From assembly GCA_964362305.1 (NCBI GenBank), contig CAYIDY010000004.1, positions 1-44,195 of the forward strand: a DNA stretch of 44,195 nucleotides. The letters are read 5' to 3'. This DNA is from an uncultured Candidatus Saccharibacteria bacterium. Its GTDB lineage: Bacteria > Patescibacteriota > Minisyncoccia > Phycocordibacterales > UBA2100. Below are positions 25,510 through 34,583 of the stretch, in pieces (the first letter of the stretch is position 1; every line of letters begins with the position of its first letter). The translations under genes were made by a program, and so were the position numbers. A model generated the notes under the pieces. The model was not told where the DNA came from, searched no databases, and saw only the letters and a list, made by a program, of their open reading frames with translations.

Positions 25510-26820
25510 ATGACGTGCTCTCGTGCACAGGGGATTTTGTTCGTACTTATTTTCGCGCTGATTCTATTTTGCGTACCGCTTTTTACTTTTGCTGAGACGA
25601 ATGAGGAGCGGCGAACGCGGCTTGAATCGGAACTTGCTGCAATTGAGGCAGATATTCAAGCGAAGCGTGGCGACCTTACCGAACTTCAAAAAGAGCGCAC
25701 CTCGCTCGAGCGCGACGTTGCAATTCTGGACAATAAAATTAATGCAGCAAAACTTTCCATCAAACAGCGCGATCTGACCATTGAAAAAATTGTCGACGAT
25801 ATTACCGACAAACATGCGGCGATTGTGCAGGTGGATATGCGGGTATCTAAAAGCGCGGAATCACTGGCGCAGTTGATTCGTCGCACGCGGGAAATTGATG
25901 AGTTGTCGCTTGTGGAATTAGCCCTCGGCCAAGGAAATGTAACGACGTTTATAGACGAAGTAGACGAGTTTGGGCAGATTCAGGCGGCACTCGATCTCTC
26001 CTTTAAAGAAATGGCGGCGCTTCGCGCCGAACTTGCCTCGCGCAAAGAAGTGCTTGAAGAGCGTCAGAGCGAAGAAGAGGAAATGCGTAAAATTCAGGTT
26101 CTGCAAAAGCAAGCCATCGAGCGAGATGAGAAGGCAAAAATGAGCGTTTTAAAACTAACAAAAGGGCAAGAAAAAGAGTACCAAAAACTTATATCGGAGA
26201 GGGAAAAACAGGCTGCAACAATTCGCACGGCGCTTTTTGGTTTGCGCGATTCGAAGGCAATTCCGTTTGGGACGGCGCTCGAGTATGCGAAAGAGGCGTC
26301 CGCGAAAACAGGCGTTCGTCCGGCAGTGATTTTGGGAATCTTGCGTGAGGAAACAGGTCTCGGTGAGAATGTGGGAACAGGCACCTGGACAAAAGACATG
26401 CACCCGACGCGCGACAAGCCAGTGTTTGAAAAACTCATGGCGGAATTGGGCCTTAACCCGGACTCTGTGCCCGTCTCTCGCAAGCCAAGTTATGGCTGGG
26501 GCGGTGCCATGGGCCCGTCACAATTCATTCCATCGACCTGGGTGATGTACAAAGACCGCATCGCAAAAGTGACGGGAGAGAGCCCGCCAAATCCATGGAA
26601 TGCGCGAACCGCTATTTTCGCGACGGCCCTCCTTATGATGGATAATGGCGCGGATGGCGGTACCTATGCGACCGAGCGCAAGGCAGCCCTCAAATACTTT
26701 GCCGGAGGGAACTGGAGTAAGCCTGCGTACGCCTTTTATGGCGACGACGTGATGGAATTTGCGGCGGAATTCCAGAAAGATATTGATATTTTGGAGGGGA
26801 AAGTAAGTGTGGTGCGATAA
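25510..26820 (+). CDS. Secreted coiled-coil protein with a C-terminal lytic transglycosylase (SLT_2/MltB-like) domain
   Basis: It has a signal/TM segment, then ~230 aa of heptad-like Glu/Lys/Leu-rich sequence. The C-terminal part carries ILREETGLGEN and GGAMGPSQFIPSTW, typical of lytic murein transglycosylases. Confidence 0.72.
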   Translation: MTCSRAQGILFVLIFALILFCVPLFTFAETNEERRTRLESELAAIEADIQAKRGDLTELQKERTSLERDVAILDNKINAAKLSIKQRDLTIEKIVDDITDKHAAIVQVDMRVSKSAESLAQLIRRTREIDELSLVELALGQGNVTTFIDEVDEFGQIQAALDLSFKEMAALRAELASRKEVLEERQSEEEEMRKIQVLQKQAIERDEKAKMSVLKLTKGQEKEYQKLISEREKQAATIRTALFGLRDSKAIPFGTALEYAKEASAKTGVRPAVILGILREETGLGENVGTGTWTKDMHPTRDKPVFEKLMAELGLNPDSVPVSRKPSYGWGGAMGPSQFIPSTWVMYKDRIAKVTGESPPNPWNARTAIFATALLMMDNGADGGTYATERKAALKYFAGGNWSKPAYAFYGDDVMEFAAEFQKDIDILEGKVSVVR

Positions 26821-26841
26821 AAAATACGGTACAATTTTGGC

Positions 26842-27552
26842 ATGGCGGAGTCACCTCGCGCACAAATGATTTCGGACCGTGTGGAATCAGAGCTTTCGGT
26901 GGGCACTGCGACGACACTTCGTGAAATAGCCACATTACCTGAAGACGTTATTGTAGTTGAAGGTGATGCTGTCGCCGAATCGTTCTATGACATTCAAAAG
27001 AAGGTGATGGAACTACGGAATCAGGAGCAGTCGGATAAAGGGATTATCCTTGTTTTCAGAACGCGTGGAAAGTTCAAAGATATTTCTTTGGAAGAAGCCG
27101 ACATACTGGCTCATGAATCTGGCGCTGATGCATTTGTATTCGATGAGAGACCAGCGATATTGAAAAAGAAGCAAGCGCTGGCAATACAGATGGTTAGCAA
27201 TAGGATGCGTCGTGGAGCGCATTTTCAGAAGGAGGCATCCGAAGAGAAGCCCGATGGAGAAAAATGCGGTTGTAAAATCTGGATATCAAAACATCTCGTA
27301 ACAGTGAACGGAATACCGCTGAAAAACTTGAGGCCAAAACGATTCGCATTTATGGAGATGCTGATTTCGTCTCGACGAGACTATGTGCCCTTTGAAAGCC
27401 TCCAGAAGATCACTGAATCATCAAACGAAAACAGGCACCAGAATTATTTGACCGCATCAATGGTTAAGGAGTTGAATAGACTTCTTCGACCACTTGGAGT
27501 GGAGATTAAGAATGTGTACAGCCTGGGCTATCGGCTCGCCAAAATAAAATAA
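26842..27552 (+). CDS. OmpR/PhoB-type winged-helix DNA-binding protein with a degenerate receiver-like N-terminal domain
   Basis: The C-terminus LKNLRPKRFAFMEMLISSRRDYVPFESL...VKELNRLLRPLGVEIKNVYSLGYRL matches the trans_reg_C layout. The N-terminal part has an alternating beta/alpha-like pattern (VIVVEGD, IILVF, GADAFVF) but no obvious phospho-acceptor Asp. Confidence 0.55.
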   Translation: MAESPRAQMISDRVESELSVGTATTLREIATLPEDVIVVEGDAVAESFYDIQKKVMELRNQEQSDKGIILVFRTRGKFKDISLEEADILAHESGADAFVFDERPAILKKKQALAIQMVSNRMRRGAHFQKEASEEKPDGEKCGCKIWISKHLVTVNGIPLKNLRPKRFAFMEMLISSRRDYVPFESLQKITESSNENRHQNYLTASMVKELNRLLRPLGVEIKNVYSLGYRLAKIK

Positions 27553-27583
27553 GTGCGCCATACGAAGGCTCGCCAGCCACCAG

Positions 27584-27612
27584 TTGCCTAGTTGGACCTA
27601 ATCTTGTATAGT
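27584..27612 (+). promoter_or_regulatory. sigma70-like promoter TTGCCT-N17-TATAGT for rpmE
   Basis: The -35 box is at 27584-27589 and the -10 box at 27607-27612. ATG 27622 follows 9 nt after the -10. Confidence 0.5.
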
Positions 27613-27621
27613 GCGCGGGCT

Positions 27622-27897
27622 ATGAAAAAGGACTTGCACCCAGACACATACCGCATGGTCATCTTCGAGGACGTCACCTCGAGCCAGCGTTTTTTGATTG
27701 GTTCGACCATACAGACGGCTAAAAAGTCGAAATGGGAAGATGGCAAAGAGTACGACACGCATCAGGTGGAAATCTCCAGCGCTTCACACCCGTTTTACAC
27801 GGGCACATCCAAGACTATCGACATTGCAGGTCGCGTTGAGCGCTTCAAAACGCGCGCATCGAAAGCTGCTGCAAAGCCTGCAAAGGCAAAAAAGTAA
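27622..27897 (+). CDS. rpmE: Ribosomal protein bL31, type B (no CxxC zinc motif)
   Basis: Motifs: MKKDLHPDTYRMVIFED and EISSASHPFYTG. Start trimmed from TTG 27592. Confidence 0.9.
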   Translation: MKKDLHPDTYRMVIFEDVTSSQRFLIGSTIQTAKKSKWEDGKEYDTHQVEISSASHPFYTGTSKTIDIAGRVERFKTRASKAAAKPAKAKK

Positions 27898-27907
27898 CGT
27901 TGTTGGT

Positions 27908-27941
27908 ATAGCGCGCCCCGCTTTTCTGCGGGGCGCGCTAT
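27908..27941 (+). terminator. GC-rich 14-bp hairpin downstream of rpmE
   Basis: TATAGCGCGCCCCGC and GCGGGGCGCGCTAT flank the loop TTTTCT. No long T tract follows, and the 3' arm overlaps the -10-like TATTAT of prfA. Confidence 0.5.
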
Positions 27942-27951
27942 TATATGAACT

Positions 27952-28938
27952 ATGTCTGACGCGCATGTAAATCCTCTTGATTACGAAAACGACCACCGCG
28001 TGTCTTTTTTGGTACCTGAATGGAAGCGTCTTACTCAGGCGGAAAAAGATGCGGAAGAACTGATGCAGGTAGATCCCTCGATGAAAGAATTGGCGGAGAA
28101 AGAGCTCGAAGACATTGAGGTCCAAAAGAACAATCTCTTACAGCAGATGGAACAGATAGTGGGAAATCCGAACGAGCGTGAGTGGCCGAATGAAATCGTG
28201 CTTGAAGTGCGCGCGGGCGTTGGCGGTGAAGAGGCGTCGCTGTTTGCGGAAGAACTAGCACAGATGTACATCAAGTACGCGCAGACCAAAGGTTGGCGTG
28301 CAAAAAATATCGACGAAAGCCGCTCGGAATTGGGTGGTATTAAAGAAGTGCAGATTGAAATGAAAGGCGAGAACGCGTACCGCGAATTGCAATACGAAAC
28401 GGGCGTGCATCGCGTACAGCGAATTCCGGCGACGGAAAAACAGGGACGCATCCACACCTCGACTGCCTCGGTTGCCATTATGCCAATTTATACGCGAACG
28501 AAGGTTGTGATAAATCCATCGGATTTGGAAGTTGAAACTTCCCGCTCTGGCGGTGCGGGCGGGCAAAACGTAAATAAGGTTGAGACAGCGGTGCGCCTCA
28601 TCCACAAGCCCACGGGCATAGACGTGCGATGCACGGTGGAGCGCTCGCAACAGGCAAACAAAGAGCGCGCGATGAAGCTTCTTCTTTCGCGGCTCCAGCA
28701 GAAACAAGACGAAGAGCACGACCGAGAGCGCGCCGCCAACCGAAAATCACAAGTTGGCACCGGCGATCGCTCCGAAAAAATTCGTACCTACAATTTCCCC
28801 CAAGACCGCGTCACCGACCACCGACTCAAAGAGTCATGGTCGAATATTCCGAAGATTATGGGCGGCGCGGTAGGGCCAATTCTTGAAGCTCTGGAGAAGG
28901 GGGGTGGGGGGACGGAGGATGTTGCCTCGGAGGACTAA
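27952..28938 (+). CDS. prfA: Peptide chain release factor 1
   Basis: It has the RF1 tripeptide P-A-T ([17 protein letters not shown]) and a GGQ motif ([17 protein letters not shown]). At 328 aa it is shorter than typical RF1. Confidence 0.9.
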   Translation: MSDAHVNPLDYENDHRVSFLVPEWKRLTQAEKDAEELMQVDPSMKELAEKELEDIEVQKNNLLQQMEQIVGNPNEREWPNEIVLEVRAGVGGEEASLFAEELAQMYIKYAQTKGWRAKNIDESRSELGGIKEVQIEMKGENAYRELQYETGVHRVQRIPATEKQGRIHTSTASVAIMPIYTRTKVVINPSDLEVETSRSGGAGGQNVNKVETAVRLIHKPTGIDVRCTVERSQQANKERAMKLLLSRLQQKQDEEHDRERAANRKSQVGTGDRSEKIRTYNFPQDRVTDHRLKESWSNIPKIMGGAVGPILEALEKGGGGTEDVASED

Positions 28939-28962
28939 TCTCCTCCGTGATATATTTTCTCT

Positions 28963-29931
28963 GTGACCAATACGTTTCCAGAGAGACCAACGCGTGAACA
29001 TTTCGACACATTGACAGAAGGCCTTGGAGGCACGCCCGCGCACCTCAATGGCGTTATAAAAATAGCGCGAGAATTTTTCGGAGACCCAAGAGAGACTTCA
29101 GAGCATGCTGCCGAGCATGTACGTACGTTGCTTGAGACGCATCCGGATTTTACAAACCCTGAAACCGGAGGACGCACAAAATTATATTTTTGCTTTTGGG
29201 CAATTACAGAATTCTTCTTGCGCGACAAAAGTGCGCATACACGCCTAAGACAATTCCTCGCTTCGAAAGATTTTCCGAATTTGAGTAACCGAGATGACTA
29301 CGTAAGTGATTTACTCGCATCGTTTCTGCCGGAGGAATGTACCGACGAGATGCTCATCGCGACCGTTGAAGAAGGATATGGAGAAGCGGCAGGCCACCTC
29401 ATAAACGTGTTGCTCACGAGTTTTAATGAGAACTATAGCCATGGTCTTCAGCGAAGACGGGCGACGGAAAATAACAGTTACAAAAAATTTTTGACACGGA
29501 TGCAAGGCGGGGCGGCCACTATGCATCGTTTTCTTGTCAATACTTCACTTCTACTGGATTTGGAGAATACCGCGGTCGATAAGTATATTCGGGTTACTCA
29601 TCCGGACATGACGCCTGAAGATGCGAGGAAGAATATCGCGAAGCGCTCTTTGCGTCTTGCTCAACAGATAGCGATGAATCACATAATTTTTTCAGAAGAA
29701 CTACTTTTCAAAGGGGTGCTGCATTTGTACGAAATTCCCCAGTCGGGTGGTGGATATGACGTCATAGTCGCGACCGAGTCACTTTATAATCTGTATCGCA
29801 ATAAGCAGGTATCACAAGACATCAAAGACAATGTGAGCGACGGCCCTTCTACAGGCTGCCCGATGGCATTTTCAGGCGTCTTTTTGGAAGTTGGGAACGC
29901 AATGATAGGGCAGTTGTACCCGAAAAAGTAA
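28963..29931 (+). CDS. Hypothetical protein
   Basis: 322-aa ORF starting at GTG 28963. An extended -10 (TGATATATT, 28948-28956) lies 6 nt upstream. No family recognised. Confidence 0.5.
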   Translation: MTNTFPERPTREHFDTLTEGLGGTPAHLNGVIKIAREFFGDPRETSEHAAEHVRTLLETHPDFTNPETGGRTKLYFCFWAITEFFLRDKSAHTRLRQFLASKDFPNLSNRDDYVSDLLASFLPEECTDEMLIATVEEGYGEAAGHLINVLLTSFNENYSHGLQRRRATENNSYKKFLTRMQGGAATMHRFLVNTSLLLDLENTAVDKYIRVTHPDMTPEDARKNIAKRSLRLAQQIAMNHIIFSEELLFKGVLHLYEIPQSGGGYDVIVATESLYNLYRNKQVSQDIKDNVSDGPSTGCPMAFSGVFLEVGNAMIGQLYPKK

Positions 29932-29975
29932 CGTCACATCGCCGTTCCCCTCCCTCGCGCTTGCGCCAGGGGGTG

Positions 29976-30004
29976 TTGCCACCCATGGGTATTCCTGCTA
30001 TATT
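29976..30004 (+). promoter_or_regulatory. sigma70-like promoter TTGCCA-N17-TATATT for rpsB-tsf
   Basis: The -35 box is at 29976-29981 and the -10 box at 29999-30004. The short predicted 5' UTR contains a CCCC-GAAA-GGGG hairpin next to ATG 30032. Confidence 0.5.
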
Positions 30005-30031
30005 CCCCTGACCCCGAAAGGGGCTCATTTC

Positions 30032-30727
30032 ATGACAACAGTGACCGATATCAAAAAACTCTACGACGCAGGTGCGCATTTTGCGCTTCCTCGCGCACGC
30101 CGTCACCCGACATCCGCACCATTCATTTTTTCAACCAAGGACCGAACCGATATTTTTGACCTCGAGGAGACCGTGCGTCGCATTACGAAGGCAGAAGAAT
30201 TTGTTCGTGAGCTCGCAAAAAGCGGTAAATCACTTCTGTTCGTAGGTGGCAAGAACGAGGTTATCGCACCCGTTAAAGATGCTGCAGTCCGTGTAGCGCA
30301 GCCGCACGTTGCTGGCCGCTGGATTGGCGGAACGCTCACCAATTTCAAGATTATTCGAAAGCGTATCGACCGCTTGGAGAAATTGACGGCGGACCGCGAA
30401 TCAGGAGAATTGGACAAGTACACCAAGCGCGAGCGCTTGATGATTGACCGCGAGATTGAAGAATTGCTTGCTCGCTTTGGCGGTATCGTTTCTCTTCGCG
30501 AACTTCCTGGCGCAATCTTTATCGTTGACACTCGTCACGAACACACTGCTGTCCGCGAAGCAAACCAGATGGGCGTTCCCGTAATTGGGCTCGCGAGCTC
30601 CGACTGCGATTTCGCTCGAATTAAGTTCCCAATCCCTGCAAACGACACGTCGGTAAAAAGTGTTCGTTTTGTGACGGAATTGATTGCGGACGCGTATCAA
30701 GAAGGGAAGAAGCCAGCGGCTCACTAA
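30032..30727 (+). CDS. rpsB: Ribosomal protein uS2
   Basis: The segments LYDAGAHFALPRARRHP, DIFDLEET, LFVGGK and VDTRHEHTAVREANQMGVPVIGL match the uS2 layout. Confidence 0.88.
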   Translation: MTTVTDIKKLYDAGAHFALPRARRHPTSAPFIFSTKDRTDIFDLEETVRRITKAEEFVRELAKSGKSLLFVGGKNEVIAPVKDAAVRVAQPHVAGRWIGGTLTNFKIIRKRIDRLEKLTADRESGELDKYTKRERLMIDREIEELLARFGGIVSLRELPGAIFIVDTRHEHTAVREANQMGVPVIGLASSDCDFARIKFPIPANDTSVKSVRFVTELIADAYQEGKKPAAH

Positions 30728-30781
30728 TTTTCCCCGGCTCCAACTTTTGTTTTTACTTTTATCACGTAGAATTATTTTCTT

Positions 30782-31363
30782 ATGGCATCAACAGATGAAA
30801 TTAAGGCATTGCGAGATGAGACCGGAGTGTCGGTCATGCAGTGTAAAAAAGCACTCGAAGAAGCGGGGGGTGATATTGAAAAGGCAAAAGTCATTTTGCG
30901 AAAAATCAGCGCGCAAGCATCAGCGAAAAAGGCCGATCGCACTCTTGGTGCGGGTACTGTCGCTGCATACACGCACGCGGGAGGAGCGGTGGTGGGCGCA
31001 GTTGTTCTCGGATGTGAGACAGACTTTGTTGCCCGCAATCCCGAGTTTCCAAAATTAGCGTACGATATCGCGATGCATGTTGCGGCAATGGCACCGCAGT
31101 TTAAATCACGCGATGATGTGAAAGACGCAGATTTGAAAGCGGCGCGTGAAGTTTTCGAGAAAGAGGTTGAGAATATTCCCGAGGCAATGCGGTCGAAGGC
31201 GCTCGAGGGAAAGTTGGAGAGCTTCGTGAAGGAGAAGGTTCTTTTAGACCAGCCGTTCGTGAAAGACGGCAGCGTGACCATTCGAGGACTCATCGACACC
31301 GCGGTACAAAAATTTGGCGAGAAAATCGAGATTGTGCGTTTTGAGCGTTTGTCGGTAAAATAG
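30782..31363 (+). CDS. tsf: Elongation factor Ts (short form)
   Basis: N-terminal UBA-like IKALRDETGVSVMQCKKALEEAGGDIEKA. It lies immediately downstream of rpsB and is 193 aa long. Confidence 0.9.
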   Translation: MASTDEIKALRDETGVSVMQCKKALEEAGGDIEKAKVILRKISAQASAKKADRTLGAGTVAAYTHAGGAVVGAVVLGCETDFVARNPEFPKLAYDIAMHVAAMAPQFKSRDDVKDADLKAAREVFEKEVENIPEAMRSKALEGKLESFVKEKVLLDQPFVKDGSVTIRGLIDTAVQKFGEKIEIVRFERLSVK

Positions 31364-31368
31364 TTCTC

Positions 31369-31839
31369 ATGGTAGGAACGATATCGATTTTTGGAGTTTC
31401 GCTCATAAGCATCGTTGTCTTATTGTCGGTGAAAGCATGGGAGATGCGCCGTGAGCGAGTGCTTGCACCACGTTTTCGGGCGCGCCTTGATGCGGGAGCA
31501 CTCGCGCTCAAAGCACAGATTCAAAGAGGCGAGATGTTTCTCTCCCGACTTCCTTCGCTCGCTAGTTTTGCCGCTTTAAAAATGCTCGCTTTGGCTTCGG
31601 TACGGCTCGCGCGTCTTGCGCGAAGTATGTCGGAATCCGCGTATCGCCTCGCCGACTTCATTTCCCACAAGCACAATTTTGAACGTCGAGAGACACGCTC
31701 TGAGTTTTTGAAGACAATGATAGAGCATAAAAATGGCTTGGCGCAGCCCCTTATGAATGCGGTGAAAAAGCGAAGGGCTCGAAAGACGAGTGCGAAACCA
31801 TCTGATACGACAGAAACCATTTCCGAGGTGCAGTCCTAA
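31369..31839 (+). CDS. Hypothetical membrane protein
   Basis: 156-aa ORF with N-terminal TM helix ISIFGVSLISIVVLLSV. A -10-like TAAAAT (31356-31361) lies 7 nt upstream of the ATG. Confidence 0.5.
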   Translation: MVGTISIFGVSLISIVVLLSVKAWEMRRERVLAPRFRARLDAGALALKAQIQRGEMFLSRLPSLASFAALKMLALASVRLARLARSMSESAYRLADFISHKHNFERRETRSEFLKTMIEHKNGLAQPLMNAVKKRRARKTSAKPSDTTETISEVQS

Positions 31840-31866
31840 TTAAATAATGTTAGGATGCCGCTTGTC

Positions 31867-31939
31867 GCCGCCTTAGCTCAGTTGGTAGAGCAACTCTTTT
31901 GTAAAGAGAAGGTCCCCAGTTCAAGTCTGGGAGGCGGCT
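31867..31939 (+). tRNA. tRNA-Thr (anticodon UGU)
   Basis: Cloverleaf folded manually. The acceptor stem GCCGCCT/AGGCGGC has 7 bp; the D arm is GCTC/GAGC; the anticodon loop is TTTGTAA (U33, UGU, A37); the variable loop is 5 nt; the T arm is CCCAG-TTCAAGT-CTGGG. CCA is not encoded. Confidence 0.9.
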
Positions 31940-31966
31940 CATGAACGAAGTGAATGAGACGCCGAC

Positions 31967-31988
31967 GATGCCGCGCTTGCGCGGCATC
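31967..31988. repeat. Perfect 22-bp palindrome GATGCCGCGCTTGCGCGGCATC downstream of the tRNA
   Basis: Read directly from the sequence. It is flanked by direct ATGAGACG repeats (31954-31961 and 31993-32000) and by a second palindrome, TAGCGCGCTA (32014-32023). Confidence 0.7.
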
Positions 31989-32095
31989 TACAGATGAGAC
32001 GGCGCTGCGCGCGTAGCGCGCTATGGTGTGGTGGCATTGCATCAACATAAGTCGGCTCTGCGGCGAAGCAATCAGTAGTATATGATTACCTAAAC

Positions 32096-33646
32096 ATGAA
32101 CCTTCCTCCAGAATACTGGTATCTTCACGTAGCGCGAGCCACCGACCTCAAAGGGAGCGACTATGTCATGTATCGTTTTTTCGAAATGCTCCCCGGGTTG
32201 CTTTCTATCGGAACACTCGCTGCGTTTGTGGCGCTCGCATTCTGGCAGCCAGTCTTCGCAGCGTACCTTACGATTTTTTTTGCTGCCTACTGGCTTTTTA
32301 AGACCACGTATCTTTCCATCCATCTTCGTCATAATTTCAGACGCCTGCAGCACAACATGCAGGTAGACTGGAACCAGCGGCTCGTGCAGTACATGAGTGA
32401 AAGTGGAAAAGTAAACAACTACGTGCACATGATAATGCTTCCGTTTTACGACGAGAGCTACGACGTGCTTTCGGAGAGCGTACGCTCCTACGTGAATTCA
32501 AAATGGACGACGAAGAATATGATTCTGGTTCTCGCGGCAGAAGAGCGCGCAGAGAGTGGAAAGGAGACTGCCGCGCGCATACAAAAAGAATTTGGCCATC
32601 TTTTTCTCGCATGTGTCGTAAGCGTGCACCCCGCAGGGCTTCCCAAAGAAATTCCCGGGAAAGGCTCAAACCTTTCGTATGCCGCTGAAAAAGCGCGCAC
32701 GGAAGTTTTAGATACACTGAACATTCCGTATGAGAGCGTAATTGTTTCTGCGTTTGATTCTGACACCGTGGTATATCCCGACTATTTTGCGTGCCTCTCG
32801 TGGCATGTTTTACACGATGAAAATCCGCTTCGTACTTCATTTCAACCGGTTCCGCTTTTCAATAACAATATTTGGGAGGCTCCGATGCTCTCTCGCGTGA
32901 TGGCGTACTCCAGTTCATTTTGGCAAATGATTCAACAAGAACGACCAGAGAAGCTCGCGACATTCTCTTCGCACGCGGTGATTTTCAAGACGCTCGTGGA
33001 TGCTGATTTCTGGCAGCGAAATGTCGTTTCTGAAGACTCCAGAATTTTCTGGAACCTCTTTGCGCGCTTTGATGGCGATTACCGTGTCGTCCCCATTGCG
33101 TACCCTGTCTCAATGGATGCAAATGCGGCTCCGACGTTATGGCGTACCGCCATCAATATTTACAAACAACACCGCCGCTGGACCTATGGGGCAGAAAATA
33201 TCGCGTACATTTTATTTTCATGCATAAAGAACCCGCGTATTCCTTTTGGAAAAAAAGTGCGCGCCAGTGTCGTTCAGATTGAGGGTTTCTGGTCACTCGT
33301 CACGCACCCGCTCATACTTTTTGCTATAGGCTGGCTTCCCTTATTGGTCGGCGGGGCGGCATTTCACTCCACCGTTCTCTCGTATAATCTCCCCCTGATT
33401 GCCGAAGGATTTCTAACGTTGTCGATGCTCGGTCTCGTCGTTTCTGCTGCAATCTGTATGTCCTTAATTCCAGACAATCCGGCAAAGCAAACGCCACAAA
33501 GCCGCGCCATTATGATTGTGCAATGGCTTCTCGTGCCGTTCACGATGGTGGTTTTTAGTTCGGTTCCAGGACTCGAGTCGCAGCTTCGGCTCATGTTCGG
33601 CCGCTATCTTGGCTTTTGGGTGACGCCGAAGTTGAGAAATAAATAG
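32096..33646 (+). CDS. Integral-membrane family 2 glycosyltransferase, processive beta-glycan synthase type
   Basis: There are N- and C-terminal TM segments. Signature set: D (PFYDES), DxD (FDSDT), ED (VSEDSR) and Q-x-x-R-W (KQHRRW). Confidence 0.82.
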   Translation: MNLPPEYWYLHVARATDLKGSDYVMYRFFEMLPGLLSIGTLAAFVALAFWQPVFAAYLTIFFAAYWLFKTTYLSIHLRHNFRRLQHNMQVDWNQRLVQYMSESGKVNNYVHMIMLPFYDESYDVLSESVRSYVNSKWTTKNMILVLAAEERAESGKETAARIQKEFGHLFLACVVSVHPAGLPKEIPGKGSNLSYAAEKARTEVLDTLNIPYESVIVSAFDSDTVVYPDYFACLSWHVLHDENPLRTSFQPVPLFNNNIWEAPMLSRVMAYSSSFWQMIQQERPEKLATFSSHAVIFKTLVDADFWQRNVVSEDSRIFWNLFARFDGDYRVVPIAYPVSMDANAAPTLWRTAINIYKQHRRWTYGAENIAYILFSCIKNPRIPFGKKVRASVVQIEGFWSLVTHPLILFAIGWLPLLVGGAAFHSTVLSYNLPLIAEGFLTLSMLGLVVSAAICMSLIPDNPAKQTPQSRAIMIVQWLLVPFTMVVFSSVPGLESQLRLMFGRYLGFWVTPKLRNK

Positions 33647-33725
33647 CTATAAATAGAGAACAAAGAGTCGCGTATCCGCCCTTTCTACTGTTCACTGTTC
33701 GTGGTTCGCTGTACACTAGTCGGGC

Positions 33726-34559
33726 ATGCAGCCCCTGTCTCGCCAAACGCGCTTAATCGTATTTTTCTCGCTTACCGCGCTGTTTGTCGCGATAGTGCCG
33801 TTTGTCATGCTTTACGCGAATGGATGGCGGTTTTCACCGGCACTTGGAATGTATAAAACAGGCGGCGTATTCGTTTCCATTCCGTATTCGGGCGTTACTG
33901 TTTCGATAAATGGCGAGGTCGTTGGAACAACTGGTCTTCTGCAAAGAAGTTTCTACATCGACAACCTCGCGCCTTCGACGTACGTTTTGCGTGTATCGGG
34001 CGGCGAATATTATCCGTGGGAGCGCATGGTGGTTGTGGAGCCACAGATAGTGACTGACACACGCGCATTTCTGGTATCAACGCAGTTAGAGTCGGTACGA
34101 CTTGTAGCAACGTCGAGCGAAGCCACCACAACTGACCGCGTTATTTCTAATGCGCTCATGGCGGAATACCGAGCGCTTTTTGCGGCGCCGCATACTGCCT
34201 CTTCGACGCTTCCTGTCGATGAGGACGAAAGCACCAGTCTCTTTGTCGAAGCAGGCGATCTTATCGCGAAATGGACCAATCCCGATTCACCTATTCCATC
34301 GTTCTTCTGTGCGCGTCCGTCGGTCTGTGCTACGGAATTTCCAATTGAGCGCAGTTCGGACACCGTCTTAGACGCGGCATTTTTTGGAGGAGGTGTCGTC
34401 TATTCAACGAAAGAACGTGGCATTTATTTCACCGAAGCCGATGCGCGCCCAACCCCTCGCATCATTCCACTGTATGAAAAATCTGACGTTGATTTCCGTA
34501 TCATAAATGGCGCACTTATCGTGAAAGATGGAACCGATTTTTATCAGGTTGAGCTCTAG
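33726..34559 (+). CDS. Membrane-anchored PEGA-domain protein
   Basis: It has an N-terminal TM helix and a PEGA-like module: VSIPYSGVTVSINGEVVGTT...LAPSTYVLRVSGGEYYPWERMVVV. Confidence 0.62.
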   Translation: MQPLSRQTRLIVFFSLTALFVAIVPFVMLYANGWRFSPALGMYKTGGVFVSIPYSGVTVSINGEVVGTTGLLQRSFYIDNLAPSTYVLRVSGGEYYPWERMVVVEPQIVTDTRAFLVSTQLESVRLVATSSEATTTDRVISNALMAEYRALFAAPHTASSTLPVDEDESTSLFVEAGDLIAKWTNPDSPIPSFFCARPSVCATEFPIERSSDTVLDAAFFGGGVVYSTKERGIYFTEADARPTPRIIPLYEKSDVDFRIINGALIVKDGTDFYQVEL

Positions 34560-34576
34560 GACCTCTACGCTATACT
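34549..34576 (+). promoter_or_regulatory. sigma70-like promoter TTGAGC-N16-TATACT for pheST
   Basis: The -35-like box is at 34549-34554 and the -10 box at 34571-34576. ATG 34584 follows 7 nt after the -10. Confidence 0.4.
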
Positions 34577-34583
34577 GACCACC

